Virus record (IMG/VR): IMGVR_UViG_3300026198_000079
Reading direction: 5' to 3' (one strand)
Source of the DNA: an uncultured virus (IMG/VR IMGVR_UViG_3300026198_000079)
Taxonomy: Duplodnaviria; Heunggongvirae; Uroviricota; Caudoviricetes
DNA: 64,000 nucleotides
Shown here: positions 55,764-64,000 of the stretch, piece after piece
Layout: every line of letters starts with the position of its first letter
How positions within the stretch are numbered: the first letter of the stretch is position 1
Program-made: the position numbers and the translations under genes
The notes under the pieces: generated by a model
Seen by the model: the letters and a program-made list of their open reading frames with translations, nothing else
Told to the model about the DNA's origin: nothing
Databases searched by the model: none

Positions 55764-57149
55764 ATGGCAGAAGATAAGAAACAGTCGCCCGTCCCGGAGG
55801 CGCATACCACGCCCGAGGCCCCGGCTCCTAAAACGCCGGGCGGCCCCGCCGTGGAGGAACAGGCCACGATCCCCGGCATGGAGAGCGGCCCCGCTCCCTC
55901 TGGTAAGGTGATCGACCTGTCCGATGTGCGGGCCGCTGGTGCGGACAAGGCCAAGGCCGCCGAGCCTGATAAAGTGGAGCCGCCCGCCTCGAAAGCAGAC
56001 AAACAGCCCGACAAGCCCGCGCCCGCCGCTGATGCCAGGGCTGGTAAGGAAATGCCCAAACAGGCCCGCCCGCCTAAAGCGGATAAAGCCCCGTCAGCCG
56101 ATAAGGGGGCCAAGAAAGCGGAGCAGGCTGACAAGCCCCGCCGTGGCCGTCCTCCCAAGGATCAGGCTACCCCGGAGAAAAAGGGTAAGGCGGCCCCGGC
56201 CAAGGCTCCCGCAGAAGCGGCAAAAGCCGATCCCCCGGCCCCGGAGGTTCCTCCCGCTCCCCGCGACGCTACCCGCGCCGTCAAGGAGGAAATCGTATAT
56301 ATTAACCTTTCCGAGCTGCATCCGTTCAAGGAACATCCCTTTGGTGTCCGGGACGATGCGGAAATGCAGGGCCTTGTGGAGTCCGTCCGTTCTGGCGGTG
56401 TGCACCAGCCTGCGCTGGTGCGTCCTCTCGAAGATGGCGGCTATGAGATTATTGCGGGCCACCGCCGCCAGCGGGCCAGCGAATTGGCCGGATTTATGAA
56501 TATGCCCTGTATCGTCCGCAACATGACGGACGATGAAGCCATCCTCGCTATGACGGATGACAACCTCCGCCACCGCGAAACGATTTTGCCCAGCGAAAAG
56601 GCCCTTGCCCTGAAAAAGCAGTATGAGGCGATCAAGCATCAGGGATCGCGTGGGGATGATGCGGCGGCGGGTAAGCTCTCGCTGGAAAGCGTGGGCCAGC
56701 GCAACGGCATGAGCGTGAAAACCGTTCAGCGGTATATTTGGCTCAATGACCTTGTTCCCGAGTTGAAGCAGACCATGGATGCGGGAAAGCTGTCCTTTAC
56801 CCCCGCCGTGGAAATCTCCCGCATCCGTCCCACCCACCAGAAGTATATCGCCGTTTCCATTGAGGGCCAGCAGTCCTCGCCCTCCAAGGGACAGGCAAAC
56901 AGGCTCCGGGAGCTGGATAAGGACAACAAGCTGACCCCGGATGTCATTGATGGCATTTTGAGTGAAGAAAAGAAAAAGGAGGATCGTGACGTGATTATTA
57001 CCGGCTCTGAATTGGAAAAGTTCTTCGGCAAGGAGGCCACGCCCCGCCAGATGAAGGATCAGATCATGACCCTGCTGGCCGACTGGAAAGAGAAGCAGCC
57101 GCCCGAGCTTGCCAAGCCCGACAAGAAAAAAACGGATAAGGAGAAGTAA
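55764..57149 (+). CDS. parB: ParB/RepB/Spo0J protein with long Pro/Ala/Lys-rich N-tail
   Basis: LHPFKEHPF, YEIIAGHRR, DDNLRHRE, HTH; AT-hook PRRGRPPK. Confidence 0.88.
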   Translation: MAEDKKQSPVPEAHTTPEAPAPKTPGGPAVEEQATIPGMESGPAPSGKVIDLSDVRAAGADKAKAAEPDKVEPPASKADKQPDKPAPAADARAGKEMPKQARPPKADKAPSADKGAKKAEQADKPRRGRPPKDQATPEKKGKAAPAKAPAEAAKADPPAPEVPPAPRDATRAVKEEIVYINLSELHPFKEHPFGVRDDAEMQGLVESVRSGGVHQPALVRPLEDGGYEIIAGHRRQRASELAGFMNMPCIVRNMTDDEAILAMTDDNLRHRETILPSEKALALKKQYEAIKHQGSRGDDAAAGKLSLESVGQRNGMSVKTVQRYIWLNDLVPELKQTMDAGKLSFTPAVEISRIRPTHQKYIAVSIEGQQSSPSKGQANRLRELDKDNKLTPDVIDGILSEEKKKEDRDVIITGSELEKFFGKEATPRQMKDQIMTLLADWKEKQPPELAKPDKKKTDKEK

Positions 57150-57152
57150 GCA

Positions 57153-57175
57153 CCTCTGGCCATCGTGACCAGAGG
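57153..57175. repeat. Palindrome TCTGGYCAYSGTGRCCAGA, copy 1 of 5 (others at 58611, 61063, 62385, 63688)
   Basis: Direct reading. Confidence 0.85.
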
Positions 57176-57194
57176 TTTTTTCGTCCCCCAAAAC

Positions 57195-57301
57195 GGGGTG
57201 CCCCATGAAGTCGCAGACTTCATGGGGAGAGGAGGCGCAACGGAGCGTGTGGATTTTGGGCGCTTGCGCCCAAAGGAACAAAGCGAAGTTTGTACCGACG
57301 A
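57195..57301 (+). repeat. ~105-nt structured element, ICE copy 1
   Basis: CCCCATGAAGTC/GACTTCATGGGG hairpin, AGAGGA, TTTGGGCG/CGCCCAAA hairpin, GACGA. Confidence 0.8.
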
Positions 57302-57311
57302 AGGCTCCTGT

Positions 57312-57452
57312 GGTATATATCCCCCGTCGCCGCCCATCACCGGGCGCAGCCGGGAGCTGGCCGTCAAGGGGGCGTAGCCCCGCCAAGGGCGGCTTGCCCT
57401 TTACGGTCTGCCCCGGCTGTGCCATATTCAGCGGCGCGGCGGGGGTATATCC
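57312..57452 (+). promoter_or_regulatory. Frpo-like single-stranded-DNA promoter hairpin
   Basis: Long inverted repeat carrying TTTACG-17-CATATT in its 3' arm. Confidence 0.6.
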
Positions 57453-57547
57453 TCCAGAGCCGCCCCCTTTTCCAAGACTGGAAAAGGGCGGGGGAAAAAG
57501 GTTGAACCGTCCCCTGTAAAACTAACTTTGAAATGGAGGTATTCCTT

Positions 57548-57889
57548 ATGAAAAGGCCCCTTGCCTATATCACCGCCGCATGGTGCGGCGATCCCCATGA
57601 AATGACCGAACAGGCGGCCAAGTATTGCCGAGCCGTCTATGACGCGGGCTTTTCCCCGATTTGCCCCACGCTCTATCTGCCCCTGTTCCTCAACGATGCG
57701 GTTCCCGAGGAACACAAAAGCGGCATCGATATGGGCCGCAATCTGCTCCGCCGTTCTCATGTGCTGGTGGTGTGCGGTCATACCGTCACCGAGTCCATGA
57801 AGAATGACATTGCCGTGGCCCAGCGGCTGGGTATCACTTCGACCACGCTGGAGGGCATCCTGACCGTCAAGCGTCAGGGCCACCGCTGA
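57548..57889 (+). CDS. DUF4406/nucleoside deoxyribosyltransferase-like protein
   Basis: LAYITAAW, SPICP, RSHVLVVCG, MKNDI. Confidence 0.7.
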   Translation: MKRPLAYITAAWCGDPHEMTEQAAKYCRAVYDAGFSPICPTLYLPLFLNDAVPEEHKSGIDMGRNLLRRSHVLVVCGHTVTESMKNDIAVAQRLGITSTTLEGILTVKRQGHR

Positions 57890-58605
57890 TGTCAGCCCTG
57901 ATTGAAGCCTATGTTACCAACCTCGGGAAATACGCCGAGTATGGCGTGGAGGCTGGAGAAACCCTAAAGTTTCCCGCCACCACCGAGGAGGTACAGGCAC
58001 TTTTGAAGCGGATCGGCGTGGATGGTGTGCGGTATGAAGAAATCTTCATTACCGCGTTTGACGGCGATGTGCTGGGCATCTGCGACTGTTTGGGTGAGTA
58101 CGAAAGCATTGACGAACTGAACTATTTGGCCCATCTGCTCTCCGAGTTGGACACCTCTGAGCTTGAAAAGTTCGAGGCCGTCATTGACAGCGGCGAGTAC
58201 ACAGGGAGCGTCAAAGACTTAATCAACCTGACGCAAAATCTGGATTGCTTTGAGTTTTACCCCGATATTGACGATGACGAGGCGCTGGGGCGAATGTACG
58301 TCCAGGACTTCGGCTCCATTCAGATCCCAGAGCATCTCATTGACTATATCGACTATGAGGCATACGGGCGGGATATGCGGATCAACGAGGACGGCCACTA
58401 CGCCCCCGGCGGCTATGTGTTCAATAACAACAGCAGTTTTATTGAGCACTACTCCGGCAGGGATGACATTCCTCCGGAGCACCGCATTTTCGCCTATCCC
58501 AAACTGAATATCCGGGAGCAAATGGCAGCCTATCAGGAAATCATTGACCGCTCCGCGCTGAACGAGGACAAGCAGCGGCTCCCCATCAGCCGAGAGGACA
58601 GATAG
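57889..58605 (+). CDS. ardA: Antirestriction protein ArdA
   Basis: YVTNLGKY, EEIFI, EYESIDELN, YIDYEAYGRD; highly acidic. Confidence 0.9.
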   Translation: MSALIEAYVTNLGKYAEYGVEAGETLKFPATTEEVQALLKRIGVDGVRYEEIFITAFDGDVLGICDCLGEYESIDELNYLAHLLSELDTSELEKFEAVIDSGEYTGSVKDLINLTQNLDCFEFYPDIDDDEALGRMYVQDFGSIQIPEHLIDYIDYEAYGRDMRINEDGHYAPGGYVFNNNSSFIEHYSGRDDIPPEHRIFAYPKLNIREQMAAYQEIIDRSALNEDKQRLPISREDR

Positions 58606-58641
58606 CGCCGCCTCTGGTCACGGTGGCCAGAGGCGGCAAAT

Positions 58642-58749
58642 GGGGTTCCCCGCAAAGTCGCAGATTTTGTGGGGAGAGGAGCCACAACGTAGTGTGCGGA
58701 TTTTGGCCGCCTGCGGCCAAAGGAGCAAAGCGCAGTTTGTGGCGACGAG
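58642..58749 (+). repeat. ~105-nt structured element, ICE copy 2
   Basis: Same layout; ends at the pcfB RBS. Confidence 0.8.
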
Positions 58750-58763
58750 AGGAGGTGGTTTAG

Positions 58764-59237
58764 ATCGTAGGTGACGAAGTTTCCCGTCAGACCATTGCCG
58801 TCAGCGTTCAGGCATCCAAGCTGACGGCCCGGAGCCTTGCCTATGCGCTGGCCGCCGTGGGCCGCCAGATTGCCAAGGAGCACCGCAAGGCCCAAGCTCC
58901 CCACGGCAAGCAGAGCGTAAAAAAGCTCATGGGCCACGGCGGGTCCACAAGCAGTATCGAACTGTCCGGGGCTACCCGGCACTTTGACCGGGTGGCCCGG
59001 AAGTGGGGGGTTGACTATGCCTTTCGCCGGGTGGACAAGGGCAAATATCTGTTACTGTTCAAGGCAAATCAGGCCGACGCCATCACGGGCTGTTTTGCTG
59101 AGTATTCCCGCAAGGAACTGAACCGGGCCAAGTCCTGGCGCACCCCGATCCGTGAACAACTCAACCGGGCCGAGGAACAGGCGCGGAAACAGCCCCAGCG
59201 GGAGCTGGAAAAGGAGGCGGTGCATGGGGACAGATAA
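58764..59237 (+). CDS. PcfB/DUF3801 family protein (probable ATC start)
   Basis: GKQSVKKL, FDRVARKWGVDYA, LLLFKANQAD; AGGAGGT RBS before ATC. Confidence 0.8.
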   Translation: MVGDEVSRQTIAVSVQASKLTARSLAYALAAVGRQIAKEHRKAQAPHGKQSVKKLMGHGGSTSSIELSGATRHFDRVARKWGVDYAFRRVDKGKYLLLFKANQADAITGCFAEYSRKELNRAKSWRTPIREQLNRAEEQARKQPQRELEKEAVHGDR

Positions 59238-61062
59238 GCTCCGCAAATATGTACTTCCCAATATCCCGTATCTGTTCATCGGCTGGGCCTACCTGAAAGT
59301 GGGGACGGCCTACCGTCTGGCCGCTGGTGCGGGCTTCGGCCAAAAACTGTTGGGGATCATGCAGACCATCGGCGTGGCCTTTGCGGATTTTGCACCGGGC
59401 CTGAACCCGGCAGACTGGCTGGTGGGTATCGTGGGGGCCGTGGGCTTTCGGCTCCTGATCTACTGCAAGGCGAAAAAGGCCAAGAAGTTCCGCCACGATG
59501 CGGAGTACGGCACAGCCCGCTGGGGGACGGAAAAGGACATCAAGCCCTTTATTGATCCCAAGTTTGAAAATAATATCATTCTGACCGCCACGGAGCGGCT
59601 GACTATGAACACTCGCCCGGCCAACCCCGCAAACGCCCGAAATCTGAACACCTGCATTATCGGGTCGAGCGGATCTGGAAAAACCCGCTTCTGGCTTACT
59701 CCCCAGCTACTGTCCGCTCATTCCTCCTACGTCTGCGTAGATCCCAAGGGCGGCGTCCTCTCCCAAGTGGGCTATTTCCTGCAAAAGAAGCGGGGGTACA
59801 AAATCAAGGTGTTCAACAGCATCGACTTTTCCAAGTCCATGCACTATAACCCGCTGGCGTACATCAAAAACGAGGCCGACATTTTGAAGTTCGTGGACAC
59901 CCTGATCGCCAACACCAAGGGCGAGGGCAAGGAGGGTGATCCATTTTGGACGAAAGCAGAAACGCTTTTATACTGCGCTCTCATTGCCTACATCATTTTT
60001 GAAGGCCCCGCCGAGGATCGGAATATGAACACGCTGGTTGATATGATCTCCGGGATGGATGTCAAAGAGGACGATGAAAACTACAAAAACGCCGTGGACT
60101 ATATGTTCGATGGTCTTGCCAAGCGCAAGCCGGATTGTTTCGCCGTCAAGCAGTACCGCAAGTACAAATTAAGCAGCGGCAAAACGGCCAAGTCGATCCT
60201 GATAAGCTGCGGCGCACGTCTGGCCCCCTTTGACATCCCCCAGCTCCGGGAGATTATGAGCTATGACGAGCTGGAGCTTGACCGCATGGGCGATAAACGG
60301 ACGGCAACCTTTTTCGTGATCTCCGACACCACGCAGACCTATAACTTCATCGTTGCGCTGGCCTTTTCGCAGATGTTCAATCTTCTTTGTGAACGTGCCG
60401 ACAACGTACACGGCGGGCGTTTGCCCCATCATGTGCGGGTGCTTTGGGATGAGGCCGCCAATACGGGACAAGTCCCACAACTGGAGAAGTTAGTAGCCGT
60501 CATCCGCTCACGCGAGATCAGTCTGGCGCTTCTGTATCAGGCGCAGTCCCAATGCAAGGCCATTTACAAGGACAATGCCGAAACGATCTTCGGCAATATG
60601 GACACCATGATTTTCCTTGGTGGCCGGGAAAGTACCACCATCAAGGAGATTTCCGAAAACTGGCTGGGCAAGGCCACGATCTCCATGCAGACCGAGGGCC
60701 GCTCCCGAGGGCAGTCGGAAAGTTTCAGCCAGAACACCCAGCGGCTGGGCCGGGAGCTGATGACCCCCAGCGAATTGGCTACCATGCCCGGAGATCGGTG
60801 CATTTTACAGCTTCGGGGCCTGCCGCCGTTCTACTCCAAGAAATACGATTTGAAACAGCACCCCAACTACAAGTACACCGCCGAGGCTGACAAGCGCAAC
60901 GCCTTTGACCTGCAAAGTCTTGTCACCCGGCGCATGGACAAGCTCAACCCCAATGAGCAATACACCGTTTACGAGGTGGCCGTACCAGACGAGGCGCACA
61001 TGGAAGAGGACGAGGACATCCTCAACTATGACGACCTCGACGACCCGGACACCTTTGTATAA
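59224..61062 (+). CDS. virD4: Type IV coupling protein VirD4/TraG
   Basis: YGTARWG, GSSGSGKT, DPKG, DPFW, LWDEAAN. Confidence 0.95.
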   Translation: MGTDKLRKYVLPNIPYLFIGWAYLKVGTAYRLAAGAGFGQKLLGIMQTIGVAFADFAPGLNPADWLVGIVGAVGFRLLIYCKAKKAKKFRHDAEYGTARWGTEKDIKPFIDPKFENNIILTATERLTMNTRPANPANARNLNTCIIGSSGSGKTRFWLTPQLLSAHSSYVCVDPKGGVLSQVGYFLQKKRGYKIKVFNSIDFSKSMHYNPLAYIKNEADILKFVDTLIANTKGEGKEGDPFWTKAETLLYCALIAYIIFEGPAEDRNMNTLVDMISGMDVKEDDENYKNAVDYMFDGLAKRKPDCFAVKQYRKYKLSSGKTAKSILISCGARLAPFDIPQLREIMSYDELELDRMGDKRTATFFVISDTTQTYNFIVALAFSQMFNLLCERADNVHGGRLPHHVRVLWDEAANTGQVPQLEKLVAVIRSREISLALLYQAQSQCKAIYKDNAETIFGNMDTMIFLGGRESTTIKEISENWLGKATISMQTEGRSRGQSESFSQNTQRLGRELMTPSELATMPGDRCILQLRGLPPFYSKKYDLKQHPNYKYTAEADKRNAFDLQSLVTRRMDKLNPNEQYTVYEVAVPDEAHMEEDEDILNYDDLDDPDTFV

Positions 61063-61119
61063 CCTCTGGTCATGGTGGCCAGAGGATGACGCGCCGCCCT
61101 TATGGGCGGCTATTATTAT

Positions 61120-61224
61120 GGGTTCCCGCAAAATCAAAGATTTTGTGGGAAGAGGAGCCGCAACGGAATGAGTGATTTTTCGCGCTTGCGCGGAAATGAA
61201 CGATATGAAGTTTGCGGCGACGAG
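61120..61224 (+). repeat. ~105-nt structured element, ICE copy 3
   Basis: Same layout with different stem sequences. Confidence 0.8.
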
Positions 61225-61258
61225 GCCGGGGTATGGCCCCGGAGAAATGGAGGCATAT

Positions 61259-61471
61259 ATGGCTTTTTTCACTTCCGCTGTTACTACCTTGCAGACCCTC
61301 GTTGTGGCTCTGGGCGCTGGCCTTGCTGTGTGGGGCGTAGTCAATCTGCTGGAGGGCTACGGCTCCGATAACGCAGCGGCCAAGAGCCAGGGCATCAAGC
61401 AGCTCATGGCGGGTGGCGGCATCATCGTGCTGGGTACTACCCTGATCCCCCTGCTGTCTACCCTGTTTTAA
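61259..61471 (+). CDS. Maff2 family membrane protein
   Basis: MAFF start, NLLEGYGSDN..KSQGIKQLMAGGG. Confidence 0.9.
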   Translation: MAFFTSAVTTLQTLVVALGAGLAVWGVVNLLEGYGSDNAAAKSQGIKQLMAGGGIIVLGTTLIPLLSTLF

Positions 61472-61483
61472 GGGCAGCGGCCT

Positions 61484-62350
61484 ATGGGTATTCTCACCGA
61501 ATGGATCACGGAATGGCTCAAAGAGCTGTTGATCTCGGGGATCATGGACAACCTCGAGGGGCTGTTTGACACGGTGAATACCCGGGTCGGGGAAATATCC
61601 GTACAGGTGGGAACGACCCCGGCGGCATGGAACGCCGGGGTTTTCTCCCTGATACGGCAGCTTTCCGAAACGGTCATTTTGCCGATTGCCGGACTGATCC
61701 TAACCTTTGTCGCAACCTATGAGCTGATCCAGATGATCCTGGAAAAGAACAATATGCACGAGTTCGACGTGGCGAATATCTACAAGTGGGTATTCAAAAC
61801 GACTTGTGCCATCCTCATTCTCTCCAACACCTTTAATATTGTCATGGCGGTTTTTGACGTTTCCCAAAGCGTGATCGCAAGCTCGGCGGGAATTATCGGC
61901 GGCAGTACCGATGTCACCCCGGATATGCTGGACACGCTGGAGGCCAGTCTGGAGGCGATGGAACTTGGCCCTCTGCTGGGGCTGTTCCTGCAATCCTTTG
62001 TCATTAAGCTGACCATGTTTGCCCTGAATATATTTATTTTCGTGATCGTGTATGGCCGTATGGTGGAGATCTATCTGCTGACCAGTCTGGCCCCGATCCC
62101 CGTGGCCACCCTCACCAACCGGGAGGCCGGACAGATGGGCCAGAATTATCTCCGCTCCCTGTTTGCCGTGGGCTTTCAAGGTATGCTGATCCTTGTATGC
62201 GTGGCCATCTATGCGGTGCTCGTTCAGGGCATTGCCACAGGCGGTGATCCTATCGGGGCCATTTGGGGCTGTATCGGCTATACCGTCCTGCTGTGCTTTA
62301 TCCTGATGAAAACCGGAACAATCGCAAAAAGCGTATTCAACGCCCATTGA
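61484..62350 (+). CDS. VirB6/TrbL-like conjugal membrane protein
   Basis: Multiple transmembrane segments, YGRMVEIY...APIP, GQNY, GFQG. Confidence 0.85.
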   Translation: MGILTEWITEWLKELLISGIMDNLEGLFDTVNTRVGEISVQVGTTPAAWNAGVFSLIRQLSETVILPIAGLILTFVATYELIQMILEKNNMHEFDVANIYKWVFKTTCAILILSNTFNIVMAVFDVSQSVIASSAGIIGGSTDVTPDMLDTLEASLEAMELGPLLGLFLQSFVIKLTMFALNIFIFVIVYGRMVEIYLLTSLAPIPVATLTNREAGQMGQNYLRSLFAVGFQGMLILVCVAIYAVLVQGIATGGDPIGAIWGCIGYTVLLCFILMKTGTIAKSVFNAH

Positions 62351-62367
62351 GAAAGGACAGGTGATCC

Positions 62368-63153
62368 ATGCAAGACAACTTCACTTCTGGTCACGGTGGC
62401 CAGAACATTACCCCGGAGGGCCTGTACCTGATGGATGGGATCGAGGGACTGCGCTCCTTGCCCCGTCATTCTGTGGATATGCTTTTGACCGATCCGCCCT
62501 ACGGCACGACCCGGAATTATTGGGATGTTCCCTTGCCCCTGCCGGAGCTGTGGGAGGCGGTGCGCTGGGCGGTGAAGCCCGAGGGCGCGGTGCTTCTGTT
62601 TGCCCAATGTCCCTATGACAAGGTGCTGGGCGCGTCCAACCTCCCCATGCTCCGCTATGAGTGGGTGTGGTACAAGAGCCGATGCACCGGGTTTCTCAAC
62701 GCCCGCCGCGCTCCGCTGAAAAAGACGGAGAACATTCTGGTGTTCTATCAGAAGTCCCCGGCTTACTACCCACAATTTGAGCAGGGAGAGCCGTACAAGA
62801 AAATCCACCCCCGCAGCGGTCACAGTCCCAATTATGGAGCCTTTGAACGTATCAGCGGCGAGTCGGACGGGCGGCGGTTCCCCGGCAATGTGCTGGCGTT
62901 CCCCACGGTGGCGAATACCGTTCATCCCACGCAGAAGCCCGTGGAGCTGTGCGAATATCTCATTAAAACCTACACCCGCGAGGGACAGGTGGTAGCGGAT
63001 ATTTGTGCCGGGAGCGGCACAACGGCCATCGCCGCTCTGAACACGGGCCGTCGCTTTATCGGTTTTGAGAACGCCCCGGCCTTTTACGGCCCGGCGGCTG
63101 AACGTATCCAGCGGGCGCGGGAGGCCGTTGCCCGCGGCGAGAAAGGAGTGTAA
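62368..63153 (+). CDS. N6/N4 DNA methyltransferase (beta class)
   Basis: TDPPYG, HPTQKP, DICAGSGTT. Confidence 0.92.
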   Translation: MQDNFTSGHGGQNITPEGLYLMDGIEGLRSLPRHSVDMLLTDPPYGTTRNYWDVPLPLPELWEAVRWAVKPEGAVLLFAQCPYDKVLGASNLPMLRYEWVWYKSRCTGFLNARRAPLKKTENILVFYQKSPAYYPQFEQGEPYKKIHPRSGHSPNYGAFERISGESDGRRFPGNVLAFPTVANTVHPTQKPVELCEYLIKTYTREGQVVADICAGSGTTAIAALNTGRRFIGFENAPAFYGPAAERIQRAREAVARGEKGV

Positions 63154-63155
63154 TC

Positions 63156-63743
63156 ATCGGAAGATATTCTATCATCTACGCCGATCCCCCTTGGCGGTAT
63201 TCCCAAAAGGGCTTGCAGGGGGCGGCGGAGCACCATTACCCCACAATGGGGATTGACGATCTGTGCGCGTTACCCGTGGCCGAGCTTGCGGCCCCGGACA
63301 GCGCACTCTTTTTATGGGCTACGTTCCCCCAGCTCCCGGAGGCCCTGCGGCTGATCCGCGAGTGGGGCTTCACCTACAAGAGCGTCGCTTTCGTCTGGCT
63401 GAAGAAAAACCGCAAAGCGGATAGCTGGTTTTACGGGCTGGGCTTTTGGACGAGGGGCAATGCCGAGGTCTGCCTGCTGGCAACCAAGGGCCACCCCAAA
63501 CGTCAGGCGGCAAACGTCCACCAGTTCATTATTTCCCCCATCGAGGCCCACAGCAAAAAGCCCGACGAAGCCCGCGACAAGATCGTGGCCCTCATGGGTG
63601 ATCTGCCCCGTGTGGAGCTGTTCGCAAGGCAGACCCCGCCCGGATGGGACGTATGGGGCAACGAGGTGGAGTCCACGGTTCCCGGCTTCTGGTCACGGTG
63701 GCCAGAGGATGGCGGAAAGGAGGACGAGTCATGCCGTATGTGA
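63156..63743 (+). CDS. MT-A70 family adenine methyltransferase (probable ATC start)
   Basis: IIYADPPW lies upstream of the ORF-track start; LFLWAT, HSKKP, ELFAR. Confidence 0.88.
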   Translation: MGRYSIIYADPPWRYSQKGLQGAAEHHYPTMGIDDLCALPVAELAAPDSALFLWATFPQLPEALRLIREWGFTYKSVAFVWLKKNRKADSWFYGLGFWTRGNAEVCLLATKGHPKRQAANVHQFIISPIEAHSKKPDEARDKIVALMGDLPRVELFARQTPPGWDVWGNEVESTVPGFWSRWPEDGGKEDESCRM

Positions 63744-64000
63744 ACGTCCCTAACGATCTGTCCAAGATCAAGACGAAAATCGCCTTTAACCTCACCAAGC
63801 GCCAGTTGATCTGTTTCGGCGGCGCGGCGGTGGTGGGCATCCCTGTGTATCTGCTGACCCGCAGCACACTTGGAAATACCGGGTCGATGTTCCTGATGAT
63901 CGCGCTCATGCTCCCGGCCTTTTTCATGGCGATGTATGAGCGGGACGGCCTGCCTTTTGAAAAGGTGGTGCGGAACATCCTCCGGGCCAAGTTCACCCGC
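63731..64000 (+). CDS. PrgI family protein (runs off window)
   Basis: MPYVNVPNDLSKIKTKIAFNLTKRQLICFG. Confidence 0.88.
   Translation, partial: MPYVNVPNDLSKIKTKIAFNLTKRQLICFGGAAVVGIPVYLLTRSTLGNTGSMFLMIALMLPAFFMAMYERDGLPFEKVVRNILRAKFTR

Larger units (their letters stand above)
55500..64000 (+). mobile_element. Integrative/conjugative element, T4SS region, continues beyond window
   Basis: ParB, ArdA, PcfB, VirD4, Maff2, VirB6-like, PrgI; GC-rich. Confidence 0.9.

Noticed and set aside
56094..57425. 443-aa minus-strand ORF
   Set aside because: Antisense to parB and the repeat region; no recognisable domain
1..64000. CRISPR array, tRNA or rRNA genes
   Set aside because: No regularly spaced repeat-spacer array and no cloverleaf or rRNA-like sequence seen by eye

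Overview
Mosaic of mobile DNA from a Clostridia-like (Bacillota) host; host assignment is inferred from gene families. (i) 1-2170: two convergent, AT-richer large serine recombinase genes; the minus-strand one has lost its N-terminus at the prophage boundary. (ii) ~2170-54900: a near-complete HK97-fold siphovirus prophage, almost all on the minus strand. Its modules are two serine recombinases, lysis, tail with a GH18 hydrolase, head, and terL and terS split by an 8.5-kb cargo block (amidoligase/GGCT, C5 and N6/N4 methylases, mini-MetK). These are followed by a PolA/VirE/SNF2 replication module, a phage sigma factor, and a divergent ABC-three-component (Lamassu-like) operon whose ATPase is interrupted by an intact IS21 element. 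(iii) 55020-55500: IS200 and tyrosine-recombinase relics. (iv) 55500-64000: start of a conjugative element (ParB, ArdA, PcfB, VirD4, Maff2, VirB6-like, two methylases, PrgI). Non-obvious signals: two fixed-spacing promoter-like motif families in the phage, an out-of-frame beta-subunit gene nested in a multi-TRD C5 methylase, a carbohydrate-binding domain split across tail genes, and a ~105-nt structured element shared by phage and ICE. Also seen: parS-like palindromes, an Frpo-like ssDNA promoter, and an ABC-3C operon with a degenerate HNH sitting where the immunity switch normally lies. All family calls are by motif recognition only; no database search was run.
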